From Thermoplasmata archaeon (GTDB lineage Archaea > Thermoplasmatota > Thermoplasmata > Thermoplasmatales > GCA-001856825), in the NCBI GenBank assembly GCA_049966795.1, contig JBMFTY010000002.1:10874-74873 (forward strand): 64,000 bases of DNA. The letters are read 5' to 3'. The position numbers were made by a program, and so were the translations under genes. The notes beneath the pieces were generated by a model. It worked only from the letters and a program-made list of their open reading frames with translations. It was not told the origin of the DNA and did not search any database. Shown here in pieces: positions 26,636-35,656 of this stretch (position 1 is its first letter; every line of letters begins with the position of its first letter).

Positions 26636-27271
26636 ATGATTATGAAGGTGAGAAATATGGGAAATTATACAGCAAAATTACCCGCATACAAGAGCCTGAA
26701 AGGAATAAGCGAGAGAATGCTAGCGGAGCATCTCAAGCTATACAATGGATACGTGGCAAAGAGCAACGAGATCGTGGACAAACTGGCCTCCGGGACTGTT
26801 GACCTATCCAAGAGCGCAGCAACATATTCAGAATTCAGAGCGCTGAAGCTTGAGCAGACGTTCAACGGCAACGGGATGTACCTCCATCAGTACTATTTTG
26901 AGAACCTCTCGGACAATGGCGGCCAGCCGCAGGGCGAAGTGAAGAGTGAGATAGAAAAAAACTTCGGGAGCTTTGAAAAGTGGAAGGAGGAGTTTGTCGC
27001 AACTGGCATGGCTGGAAGGGGTTGGGCCGTTTTGGGTCTCAATCTCGAAGACGGGAAACTTTACAACCTTCTCTACGATGCACACAACATCGGAGGATTC
27101 GTCACTCTCGTGCCTCTCCTGGTCCTTGACGTTTTCGAACATGCCTACTTCATAGACTATGGAACGAGCAGGAAGGACTACATAAACGCCTACATGAGCC
27201 TTGTAAACTGGTCCGTTGTCCAGAAGAGGCTTGAGAAAGCAAAGAAGATGCACAGCATCTGGACATCCTGA
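26636..27271 (+). CDS. sod: Fe/Mn superoxide dismutase family protein (divergent N-terminal motif)
   Basis: C-terminal LVLDVFEHAYFIDYGTSRKDYINAYMSLVNWSVV (D and H ligands), FNGNGMYLHQYYFENL, and an N-terminal LAEHLKLYNGYV in place of the usual H..KHH..YV. Confidence 0.75.
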   Translation: MIMKVRNMGNYTAKLPAYKSLKGISERMLAEHLKLYNGYVAKSNEIVDKLASGTVDLSKSAATYSEFRALKLEQTFNGNGMYLHQYYFENLSDNGGQPQGEVKSEIEKNFGSFEKWKEEFVATGMAGRGWAVLGLNLEDGKLYNLLYDAHNIGGFVTLVPLLVLDVFEHAYFIDYGTSRKDYINAYMSLVNWSVVQKRLEKAKKMHSIWTS

Positions 27272-27283
27272 TTTTGAATGAAA

Positions 27284-27321
27284 GCTCACTGCCCAGTAGG
27301 AGGGGCCAAAGGGCAGTGAGC
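27284..27321 (+). terminator. perfect 11-bp GC-rich hairpin downstream of sod
   Basis: GCTCACTGCCC (27284-27294) pairs with GGGCAGTGAGC (27311-27321) around a 16-nt loop. It starts 13 nt after the sod stop and is followed by TATTTATT. Confidence 0.4.
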
Positions 27322-27473
27322 CAGTATTTATTGAAATTAGATATTTCACTGTTTCGAAAAGGATGAAGGCTCTTTCCCAATTTCCCGTCTCCATAGATTA
27401 AGAGGTGCTTGCAGCCTCACGTATGCCCGAGGGCAAACTTCTACGGAAAGGAATGAGCTATCCTAGGCTTTCT

Positions 27474-28772
27474 CTATCTGCTCCTAGAAATGTTAACATC
27501 AGCTACCTGGACGTACGGAGATTTTGTTGGTAGGGTTTCGTCCCACCACTTGACCTTCCCCGTTTCCCTTGTAATGCCCTCTATGTTTTTGAATAAGTTC
27601 AGAAGGGAATCCGAAATCCTTATGCCGCGCCATGTCTCCCTTATCTCTCCATTTTCAATGTAGAATATGCCGTCCCTCGGTATCGTTGAGAGGATTCCCT
27701 GCCTGTAGTCCTGGAAGCGCGTGTACCAGGTGTTCACGATGAATAGACCCTTCCTTGTGGACGAAATCATGTCGTCAAGTTTCTCGTTTCCAGGCTCAAC
27801 GCTTATCTGCCATGGGGAGGGTGCAATTATTCCGGCGTTTCCTGTGCTCTCCGTCTTGAATCTGGAAGCAGTGGAGAAGTTGTGGAGATAGCTCTTCACA
27901 ACCCCCTTTTCTATGACCGCCGTTTTGTGCGCAGGAGTGCCCTCATCATCGAGTGCCTTCGCGTTGAGCATGGTATCGTCGAGGGGGTCGTCGTACATCG
28001 TGAATAGGCTGCTTCCTATCCTCTCCCCAAGCCTGTCCGCGAACATGGACATTCCAGAATCCACCTGAAAGGCTGAAGCCATGGGTACGGTGTAGGAAAC
28101 GATGGATGCGAAGCACAGCGGTGCAAAAATAACGCTGAACTTCCCTTCCTCTCCTTCTCTGATGTTTTTGATCTTCCTAGAAAGGTCTATCAGGTCGTCT
28201 GCCTGCCTTTGGAGAATGGGGATGTCGTCATCACTTGAACTCATGAACGAGGACTGAACAGGATAATCCTGGTCGTTGAACCCCCTTGCCACGAATTCAA
28301 TGCCGAAGTGCCCCTGAGTTCCGGAGTTAAACGGGGTCACAATCTCTTCCCTGTAATCCTTGGAGTAGAAGACGCCTCCGACCCTCCTAAAGAATGGCTT
28401 CACATCTTGGATGAAGCCGTTTACGAACTCCTGCGGATTGAGGGATCTTAGCCTCTCGTCCCTGCTTCTAACTGTCCTGTAGGTGTTCCTTCTGTCATTA
28501 AGGCTTACGAAGTCCTTGTTGTCCTCTATGCCCTTAAGGGATGAGACGGCTCTTTCCAAAATCGCATCCAGGTCCTTTTCATCCCTCAGGTCAAAAGCAA
28601 ATGTCTTCTTACCCTTTGCAAGAAAGACCGTAATCAATTCCTCGTTCCAGGTGTTCGTGATGTCAATTGAGTTGTTTGAAAACCTGACCTGCGTTACATT
28701 TGAAACAAGCCTTTTAACGGCAGCCTGGTCAACGACTTTCGAAACCTTTTCATATACTCTGTTTACATCCAT
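27474..28772 (-). CDS. pmbA: PmbA/TldE-family metalloprotease subunit (peptidase U62)
   Basis: 432 aa, 6 nt downstream of tldD. C-terminal GLFIVNTWYTRFQDYRQGILSTIPRDGIFYIENGEI fits the TldD/PmbA fold pattern but lacks the HExxxH of TldD. Confidence 0.8.
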   Translation of the reverse strand: MDVNRVYEKVSKVVDQAAVKRLVSNVTQVRFSNNSIDITNTWNEELITVFLAKGKKTFAFDLRDEKDLDAILERAVSSLKGIEDNKDFVSLNDRRNTYRTVRSRDERLRSLNPQEFVNGFIQDVKPFFRRVGGVFYSKDYREEIVTPFNSGTQGHFGIEFVARGFNDQDYPVQSSFMSSSDDDIPILQRQADDLIDLSRKIKNIREGEEGKFSVIFAPLCFASIVSYTVPMASAFQVDSGMSMFADRLGERIGSSLFTMYDDPLDDTMLNAKALDDEGTPAHKTAVIEKGVVKSYLHNFSTASRFKTESTGNAGIIAPSPWQISVEPGNEKLDDMISSTRKGLFIVNTWYTRFQDYRQGILSTIPRDGIFYIENGEIRETWRGIRISDSLLNLFKNIEGITRETGKVKWWDETLPTKSPYVQVADVNISRSR

Positions 28773-28778
28773 CCTCCA

Positions 28779-30170
28779 TCACCTCACGTAAATCCCCCTG
28801 AGCCTTATGTGCGGCCCTCCCATCCACACGTCCACTCCCTGCATCGGATCGCCCTTTCCGCAGGTACCCGCTGAAAACTCGAGATCTTTTCCGACCGCAT
28901 CCACGGACGAATAGAACTTTACCGTTGTGGTCTCTATGACTGGCCTCCTGATCTGTTCCGCGACCTCCCCGTTCCTTATGAGGTAGGCTTCCCTCCCTAC
29001 GTATTTCTCGTTGAACCTTATGTCGTCTATGTTCCACTCAGTGAAACTCCTCATGTATACCCCCTCCTTTACGTCCTCCATCAATTCGTCCAGGCTGTAT
29101 TCTCCGGGCTCGATATATGTTGTGCTCATCCTGACGAGAGGCTCCTTGTCCCATTCAGACGATCTGGAAGCTCCATTGCTCTTCGCACCCATCCTCCCTG
29201 CGCTCTCCCTGTTTTGCAGGAACTCGTTAACAAGCCCTTTCCTGTAGAGGTACCTCTTCCTCGCAGGAACTCCGTCCCTGTCGTATTTGTAAAAACCAAA
29301 GCTGTGATCGATCGTTGGGTCATCCACTAGGTTGACAACGTCCGACCCAACTCTCAGTCCTTTGTCATCCTTCTTGATGAAGGATTCCCCTGCCTGCGCC
29401 ATCTCCCTTCCTAGTATCCTGTCAGCCTCCGATGGATGACCTGCACTCTCATGTGCCACAATACCTGATATTTCAGGCCCAGCAATCAGGTCGTATGTGC
29501 CCGGTGTGATTTTACGGGCTGCAGCAGCCTTCTTAAGCGCCGCAGCCTCCCTCTTTACCCTCCCTGGCAAATCCCAGAAATCTATGGCCTCATACCCGCC
29601 CGAGTATCCGAGTTCAACTGTTCCCTGCTCGAAACTCCCTCCCTCTATGAAGCCAATCATCGCGAAGAATGAAACCTTGGGCAGCCTGTATCTTATAGAC
29701 ATACCGTCGGAATTCTCGTTCAGGCCCTCTTCTATGTTATCATTCAGCACCAGTATGCGCATCTGTATCCCCTCCTCCGTGAGAAGGGAATCAACGTCCT
29801 TCAGAACTGAAACCTTCTCCTCAAGAGCCACATCCTCAATCTTCCTCGCCTCATCCACTTTCCAGGAATCTTGGTACGCCTTCTCGTCAGAGAGCGAATT
29901 CCTTCCGGGGAGCCTGGACCTTTTCACTGCGGCATCTATCTCCTCCTTCAGCACGTTCCAGTCCTGGATATTCGATGATGAAAAGGATATTGAGCTGTTC
30001 ACGATCCTGAAGGCAAGACCGGCATCCCTTGAATATCCTGTGGCAGATATGCTTCCGTTCTTCATCACGACCGTGTTCCTCCTAGATGAGGAGTAGTTAG
30101 CCTCCACATATCTGCCCATCTTGGATGCGTATCCTATGGCCTTTTCTACGAATTCCTCCATCACGATCAC
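28779..30170 (-). CDS. tldD: TldD-family metalloprotease (peptidase U62)
   Basis: 463 aa. Metal site GIVAHESAGHPSEADR (HExxxH) and C-terminal GTCGKGDPMQGVDVWMGGPHIRL, typical of TldD. Confidence 0.85.
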   Translation of the reverse strand: MIVMEEFVEKAIGYASKMGRYVEANYSSSRRNTVVMKNGSISATGYSRDAGLAFRIVNSSISFSSSNIQDWNVLKEEIDAAVKRSRLPGRNSLSDEKAYQDSWKVDEARKIEDVALEEKVSVLKDVDSLLTEEGIQMRILVLNDNIEEGLNENSDGMSIRYRLPKVSFFAMIGFIEGGSFEQGTVELGYSGGYEAIDFWDLPGRVKREAAALKKAAAARKITPGTYDLIAGPEISGIVAHESAGHPSEADRILGREMAQAGESFIKKDDKGLRVGSDVVNLVDDPTIDHSFGFYKYDRDGVPARKRYLYRKGLVNEFLQNRESAGRMGAKSNGASRSSEWDKEPLVRMSTTYIEPGEYSLDELMEDVKEGVYMRSFTEWNIDDIRFNEKYVGREAYLIRNGEVAEQIRRPVIETTTVKFYSSVDAVGKDLEFSAGTCGKGDPMQGVDVWMGGPHIRLRGIYVR

Positions 30171-31267
30171 CTCAGGTCCTTTATTTTCCTGACCATCTTC
30201 TCAAACTGGTCCATAAGCTCCTTTATCGCCCCGTACAGGTTCCAGTCCCAGGATCTGGAGAAGAACGTCTTGGACTCCGTGACCATCTTCCCGCGGACCG
30301 AATACTTGATCTCCTTCCCCTGCTGGTTGTATTCCTCGATGTGAATGTTTATCACCAGGGGCTTCATCCTCTTGAACTTTGCAATGGACCTCGCGGATTT
30401 CTCGATAATCGAATATATCCCCTCGTAAACCTGCGGGTCCTCAAATCTTGCGCCGGAGAGGTTCACGAGTACGGATTCCTCCTTTGAACCCTTGGCTATT
30501 TCGCTCAGGATGTCGCTCTGGCTAACTACACCTTGGGGCCTTCCTCTTTCATCCGCTATGACACAGACGCTATGTCCCCCCTCCACCATCCTCCCTATGC
30601 ATTCTGAAACAGTAGAATCCAGAGTAACGTATAACGGAGGACCCATTGCACTCTTCACCTCTACATTCGCCTCATTCCTGTAGTAATTCCCCTGTCTCAT
30701 CCTCCCCTTTTCCCTCCAGAGGCCTTTGCTCACATCATTTATGTTGACCATTCCGACAAGCTTCCCAGAAACGTCGACCACAGGAACGCTCGTCTCATCT
30801 ATTTCCCTCATCTTTCTGAGGGCTTCAGAAAGAACGTCGTTCTCCGTGACTGTGATAGGATCGCCGGACATTATTTCGGAGGCCTTCTGCGATGATATCT
30901 CCTCAAGCTCTGCGGCCGCCTTAACTATATCGGTTGCGGTCACGATACCTTCAAGCTTTTCTCCTTTCATCACCGGTAGTGCCCTCAGGCCACTGTCGAG
31001 CATCTGTCTTGCCGCCTCGGAGATGGATGCATCGGGTGAAATCGAAGGTGTTCTGGCCATGACAGTCTTCACTTTCGTGGTCACGGGAAGCGATTCCCTC
31101 TTGTAGAGCATGTTGTACTCAATCATTCCGGCGTACTTTCCCTTTGAATCTAGGACAAGAAGGTGATGGAAATTCCTGTCGCTCATCTTGGATATCGCGG
31201 TGGAAATTGTATCATCCACGCTCACAGTAACGAAATCCGTGGTCATGACGTCTCTAACGGAGACCAT
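30167..31267 (-). CDS. 4x CBS-domain protein with a C-terminal HPF/RaiA-like (S30AE-like) domain
   Basis: Four CBS repeats start at [37 protein letters not shown] and [12 protein letters not shown]. Residues 266-366 align by eye to bacterial RaiA/HPF over their full length (NLSG..., [22 protein letters not shown]). Confidence 0.7.
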   Translation of the reverse strand: [366 protein letters not shown]

Positions 31268-31288
31268 GTATGACTATAGATACATAAG

Positions 31289-32698
31289 TTAAGTACTTTT
31301 TTTCCTCCCCGTTATTATATCCGGAATCAGGTCCAATATCTCGGAGGTGAAATAGCTGTACCCCTTTTCCCTGAACGCTTCAAGGCCTGCGGAACCAACA
31401 ATGTAAGAGGCAAGGAACGAGGCGTGGAGAGGATCCACCCCCCTTGCGAGCAGGCCGGCGACAGCACCGGTGAGTATATCCCCCGTTCCCCCCCTCGTCA
31501 TGCTCTGGTGGTGGAACCTCTCGTTTCTCTTTACGGTTTCACCGTCGGTCACGATGTCCACCGACCCCTTCAGAAGTATCACAGCGTTGATCCTCTTTGC
31601 CACCATGAGAACGTTCTCCTCCGTGGGTTCCAGATCAAAGGCTGACCTGAACTCCCCCCTATGTGGAGTAAGGACAGCATTTCCCTTGAAGTCGCCTATG
31701 GATAGTGAGGACATGAGAGCATCCGCATCCACCACTACCTTTCTTCCTTTCGACAGGGAGAATCGAATGATCTTCTCCGCCTCCCTCACTGACTTTTCGT
31801 CCTTGGTTATTCCGGGCCCTACCGCAACTGCTGCCTCCCTCTCCTCAACAGCCTTCATGATGCCGTAATTGAACTCTATCCTGTCAATTCCGGATTGCCT
31901 GAGGATCACGTCAGGGGCATTGCACGCTATGAATTGGTGAATGTCCTTAGGTGCAAATAGGAACACGAGGTCTACGCCCATCCTCTGGGCTGATTTTGCC
32001 ACGTAAACCGGCGCTCCAAAGAACTCAGAACTCCCCCCTATTATCACGGACACCCCGTTCTGCCCCTTGTGGGAATCCCTTTGAGACTGCGGGAAGGCTA
32101 GGATATCCCCAGGCCCAATCATCTCCACGATCTCCCTAGGGAATCCCACGTCGACCACCCTGATCTCGCCGCAGCTCTCCTCGGTCATCCCCTCCTTGAT
32201 GAACTGCATCGTCACGGTGAAATCCGCTCTAACGGAAATTTTTGATGGGAAGCCGGAGGGAACGTCAACAGCCACGACCCTCTTGCCCGAATCGTTTATC
32301 CTCCTGATCGCTGAAAGGTATGGCTCCCTAGGCTCTCCAGAGATGCCAACGCCAAGCATCGCATCTATCACAACGTCCACATCCCCGAAATCCAGCTCCT
32401 TTGCCAGAACTCCCCCGCTGTCAAGGTACTCTTTCTGTTTCTTCCTGCACAGGTCCGTGGATGCAGGGGATACCTGGAAGGCTTTCACGTCCACGCCCTT
32501 AGACTTTAGGATCCTTGACGCAACATATCCGTCTCCTCCGTTGTTCCCGCCGCCGCAGACCGCCAAGACCCTCCCAGGTTTCAGAGAGAGAACTGTTTCC
32601 GCAACCCCCTTTCCCGCATTCTCCATCAGGAGTTCCATATTGACGCCAGATACCTCAGCGTTGATATCCAATATTCTCGAATCGAGGATGCTAAACAT
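31289..32698 (-). CDS. nnr: bifunctional NAD(P)H-hydrate repair enzyme Nnr (epimerase plus ADP-dependent dehydratase)
   Basis: YjeF_N motif VLAVCGGGNNGGDGYVASR and C-terminal kinase-like motif TRGGTGDILTGAVAGLLA. Confidence 0.85.
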   Translation of the reverse strand: MFSILDSRILDINAEVSGVNMELLMENAGKGVAETVLSLKPGRVLAVCGGGNNGGDGYVASRILKSKGVDVKAFQVSPASTDLCRKKQKEYLDSGGVLAKELDFGDVDVVIDAMLGVGISGEPREPYLSAIRRINDSGKRVVAVDVPSGFPSKISVRADFTVTMQFIKEGMTEESCGEIRVVDVGFPREIVEMIGPGDILAFPQSQRDSHKGQNGVSVIIGGSSEFFGAPVYVAKSAQRMGVDLVFLFAPKDIHQFIACNAPDVILRQSGIDRIEFNYGIMKAVEEREAAVAVGPGITKDEKSVREAEKIIRFSLSKGRKVVVDADALMSSLSIGDFKGNAVLTPHRGEFRSAFDLEPTEENVLMVAKRINAVILLKGSVDIVTDGETVKRNERFHHQSMTRGGTGDILTGAVAGLLARGVDPLHASFLASYIVGSAGLEAFREKGYSYFTSEILDLIPDIITGRKKST

Positions 32699-32837
32699 TC
32701 ATCTATGAATGCCTCTCCTTATTTTACGTTTTATAGTGCAGGCCTCAAGGCACTGAAAAGAGTTATATCTTAAGGTGATATCCTATGCTGTGATGAGAAG
32801 AGGGTCAGCTGAGCAGGTGCTGTGATGACCCCTATGA

Positions 32838-33446
32838 GTGCTGATGGTGATAAGGGTGAAAAGTATAGAGGAACTGGCTGAAACTGCGAGGGAACTGAAG
32901 CAGAAGGGAATGACCGACAAGGACATAGCGACGGAGATGCATCTTTCTCTAAACACGGTGATATGGCTCCTGAGCGGGGAATCAAAGGTTGAGAAGGCCC
33001 CGGGTGACGTCAAGATAGGATGGAGGAGCGTAGGTGTTTACGCGAGCAGGATATATAATATCGCTGAAATCATGGCGGACATAATCGAGGAGGAATCACA
33101 GAGGCTTGAGAAGGAAGTGCAGACCGTTGTTGGCATAACTATCAACGGCATCCCGTATGCCACGTTCATATCGGACATACTTGGCACCGAACTTGGTATC
33201 TACAGGGCGATAACGCTCAAGGGAGAGGGTACTTTCTCAAGCAACTATGCTAAGATAGCAGGCAAGAACCTGGTGTTCGTTGACGATGTCATCAGCACAG
33301 GCGAGACAGCTTCCAAGGCGATAAATGCAGCGAGAAAGGAGAAGGGAAACCCCATTCTTGTTGTTGTTCTCACTAACAAGACAACGAAGGACGAGATTGA
33401 GGGGGTCCCCCTCAGGGCTTTGATAAGAGCAAGGCTGGTAAAGTAA
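32838..33446 (+). CDS. orotate phosphoribosyltransferase-like regulator (GfcR/PyrE2-like: N-terminal HTH plus PRTase domain)
   Basis: HTH-like N-terminus KGMTDKDIATEMHLSLNTVIWLL and the PRTase PRPP loop LVFVDDVISTGETASKAI. ATG 32844 is an alternative start. Confidence 0.65.
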   Translation: MLMVIRVKSIEELAETARELKQKGMTDKDIATEMHLSLNTVIWLLSGESKVEKAPGDVKIGWRSVGVYASRIYNIAEIMADIIEEESQRLEKEVQTVVGITINGIPYATFISDILGTELGIYRAITLKGEGTFSSNYAKIAGKNLVFVDDVISTGETASKAINAARKEKGNPILVVVLTNKTTKDEIEGVPLRALIRARLVK

Positions 33447-34987
33447 TGCATTGGGCGGATGTTGTAGCTTCCAAGGTTGAGGGGAAGCAGGTAGTCTCTA
33501 CGGGTATTTCGCCGTCTGGGGAGATACACGTGGGAAACATGAGGGAGGTCCTCACGGGAGAGATTGTGTGCAGGGCCCTTAGGGATGCCGGGAAAGACGT
33601 GGTGTTCTATTATGAGGCGGATGACATGGACCCCCTCAGGAAAGTCCCAAAGGGAATAGACCAATCGTTTTCAAGATACATAGGCCAGCCCCTCTTCAGG
33701 GTTCCTGCCCCCGATGGAAAACATCCAAGCTGGTCGGAGCAGTTCATAGAGCCATTCAGGGAGACGCTGGACATAGTTGGGGTAAAGCTCAACTTCCTCT
33801 ATACTCACGAACTCTATCAGCAAGGTGCTTTCAACGACCTGTTAAGGATATCGTTCGAAAAGAGGGAGCAGATCGCGAGAATACTGTCGGAGGTTTCCGG
33901 GAAGCAGGTCCAGGGAAATTACTATCCTTTTAACATGATATGCGACTCCTGCGGAAGGCTTGACACCACTGAGATCACCTCCTTCTCTTGGCCTATTGCG
34001 GAGTACAAGTGTTCAAGCTGCAACTATTCCGGAAGCAAAGACGTGAGGAATGGAAACGGAAAGCTGCCCTGGAGGGTGGAGTGGCCTGCAAAATGGGCCT
34101 ATCTGCATGTGACCATTGAACCCTTCGGGAAGGATCATGCCGCCGCCGGTGGCTCATACGACACCGGCAAGAGGATCGCAACTGAAATTTTCGGAATCAA
34201 CCCTCCCTATCCGGTGGTCTACGAATGGATACTCCTCAGGAACCAGGGGGCGATGCACTCATCCAAGGGGGTACTCATAAGGTCGATAGACATGGTGAGG
34301 ATGGCCCCGCCGGAGATACTGAGATTTCTCATAGCTAAGAACAATCCAGAGAGGCACATTGAGATGGATGCCGGCAGAGGCCTCATATCCCTGGTCAACG
34401 AATATGACATTTACGAAAGGGTTTACTTCGGCAAGGAGGAGGTTGAGGACAAAGAAAGAAAGAGGGACATGAACAGGGTTTACGAACTCTCCCAGCCAGG
34501 AGAAATACCGAAAGAGATGCCGTTGCAGGTATCGTTTAACCACCTAATAAATCTAGTGCAGTTGAAAGGGACTAACGAGGAAATCATAGAATCCCTGAAG
34601 AAGTCATCCTTTATGATCCCCAGGGATACTAGAAGGCTAGTCGCTAGAATTGAAGCAGTTAGATACTGGCTGGACCATTTTGCTGGTGAGGAGTTCAAGA
34701 TAAAGCTGAATGAGAGGCCACCAGACCTGATATTAAACAATGGGGAAATTGCATTCCTCCGAAACCTTGTGGACAGACTGACAGATGGTCTATCGCCTGA
34801 GGACGTGAACAAGGTTATACACGAGAGCTGTTCCTCGTCCGTGCGGGATAAACAGGGGTGCTTCTCTCTCCTGTACAAGATATTCCTCAACAGGGAAACT
34901 GGCCCAAGGCTTGGCTATCTGTTCACCTCCATGGGAATGGAGAAAGTGAAAGGCTTCCTAGAGAGCTACCTGAATAGGGATCATTGA
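33446..34987 (+). CDS. lysK: lysine--tRNA ligase, class I
   Basis: MHWADVVASKV...TGISPSGEIHVGNMREV (HIGH-like HVGN) and GAMHSSKG (KMSKS-like). 513 aa. The start overlaps the upstream stop (TAATG). Confidence 0.9.
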   Translation: MHWADVVASKVEGKQVVSTGISPSGEIHVGNMREVLTGEIVCRALRDAGKDVVFYYEADDMDPLRKVPKGIDQSFSRYIGQPLFRVPAPDGKHPSWSEQFIEPFRETLDIVGVKLNFLYTHELYQQGAFNDLLRISFEKREQIARILSEVSGKQVQGNYYPFNMICDSCGRLDTTEITSFSWPIAEYKCSSCNYSGSKDVRNGNGKLPWRVEWPAKWAYLHVTIEPFGKDHAAAGGSYDTGKRIATEIFGINPPYPVVYEWILLRNQGAMHSSKGVLIRSIDMVRMAPPEILRFLIAKNNPERHIEMDAGRGLISLVNEYDIYERVYFGKEEVEDKERKRDMNRVYELSQPGEIPKEMPLQVSFNHLINLVQLKGTNEEIIESLKKSSFMIPRDTRRLVARIEAVRYWLDHFAGEEFKIKLNERPPDLILNNGEIAFLRNLVDRLTDGLSPEDVNKVIHESCSSSVRDKQGCFSLLYKIFLNRETGPRLGYLFTSMGMEKVKGFLESYLNRDH

Positions 34988-35406
34988 ATTCTTTCCATCA
35001 CCTTTATGCCCATGACCTTCTCTATCTTCTTCGCGATTTGTCTGTCAGGCTTTATTTCCTCCCTTTCTATTTTGGCAACGATGTTTTTCTTCTCCTGAAG
35101 CTTGGCCGCCAGCTGTTCCTGAGAAAGCCCCATCTCCTCCCTCTTCTTCTTGATGACCTTCCCGTAATCCTCAATGGGTTCCTCCAGGTCCTCCCCTGCC
35201 TCCTGCCTAGGCCTCTCTACTCGGGCAGGACGGGGGACGGGGGGGACATTCATGGGCTGAACGTTGACATTCCTAACCCGGGGCTGTACCTGTCTAGGAA
35301 TCTCTTTCCCATACTTCAAGCAGTCCCCGCATACCCTCATATGGACCCCGTCGATAATAACGTCAAAGAGCCTGTTAGTTTGTTTCCCACAGAGCTCACA
35401 GTTCAT
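34981..35406 (-). CDS. mbf1: archaeal multiprotein-bridging factor 1 (aMBF1): Zn-ribbon plus HTH_3
   Basis: MNCELCGK...VCGDCLKYG zinc ribbon, followed by the Cro/C1-type HTH KKKREEMGLSQEQLAAKLQEKKNIVAKIE. Confidence 0.8.
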   Translation of the reverse strand: MNCELCGKQTNRLFDVIIDGVHMRVCGDCLKYGKEIPRQVQPRVRNVNVQPMNVPPVPRPARVERPRQEAGEDLEEPIEDYGKVIKKKREEMGLSQEQLAAKLQEKKNIVAKIEREEIKPDRQIAKKIEKVMGIKVMERIQ

Positions 35407-35513
35407 GAATATAGAAGAAAAAGATGATAGATAATTTTAATGCATGGAAAGGACCGAAATGGTAATAGCTCCCCAATGGGATTAAGGAAAGAAGAAAGAA
35501 ACGGTACTGAAAA

Positions 35514-35522
35514 GAATATTAA
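35514..35522 (+). promoter_or_regulatory. TATA-like box for tRNA-Pro
   Basis: GAATATTAA is centred about 26 nt upstream of tRNA position 1 (35544). Confidence 0.35.
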
Positions 35523-35543
35523 CCAATTGAAAATTAGGCCGCA

Positions 35544-35616
35544 GGGGCTGTGGGGTAGCTTGGTATCCTACGGGCTTTGGGAGCCTGAGACCCCGGTCCA
35601 AATCCGGGCAGCCCCA
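35544..35616 (+). tRNA. tRNA-Pro (anticodon UGG)
   Basis: Folded by hand. The acceptor stem GGGGCTG/CAGCCCC has 7 perfect bp. The anticodon stem is CGGGC/GCCTG with loop TTTGGGA (anticodon TGG). The T stem is CCCGG/CCGGG. U8, A14, GG and A21 are present, the discriminator is A, there is no encoded CCA and no intron. The T loop reads TCCAAAT, with C at position 55. Confidence 0.85.
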
Positions 35617-35656
35617 TGTAGTTCATGTCCAGATTCGTTCCTTTCCAACATTTCTC

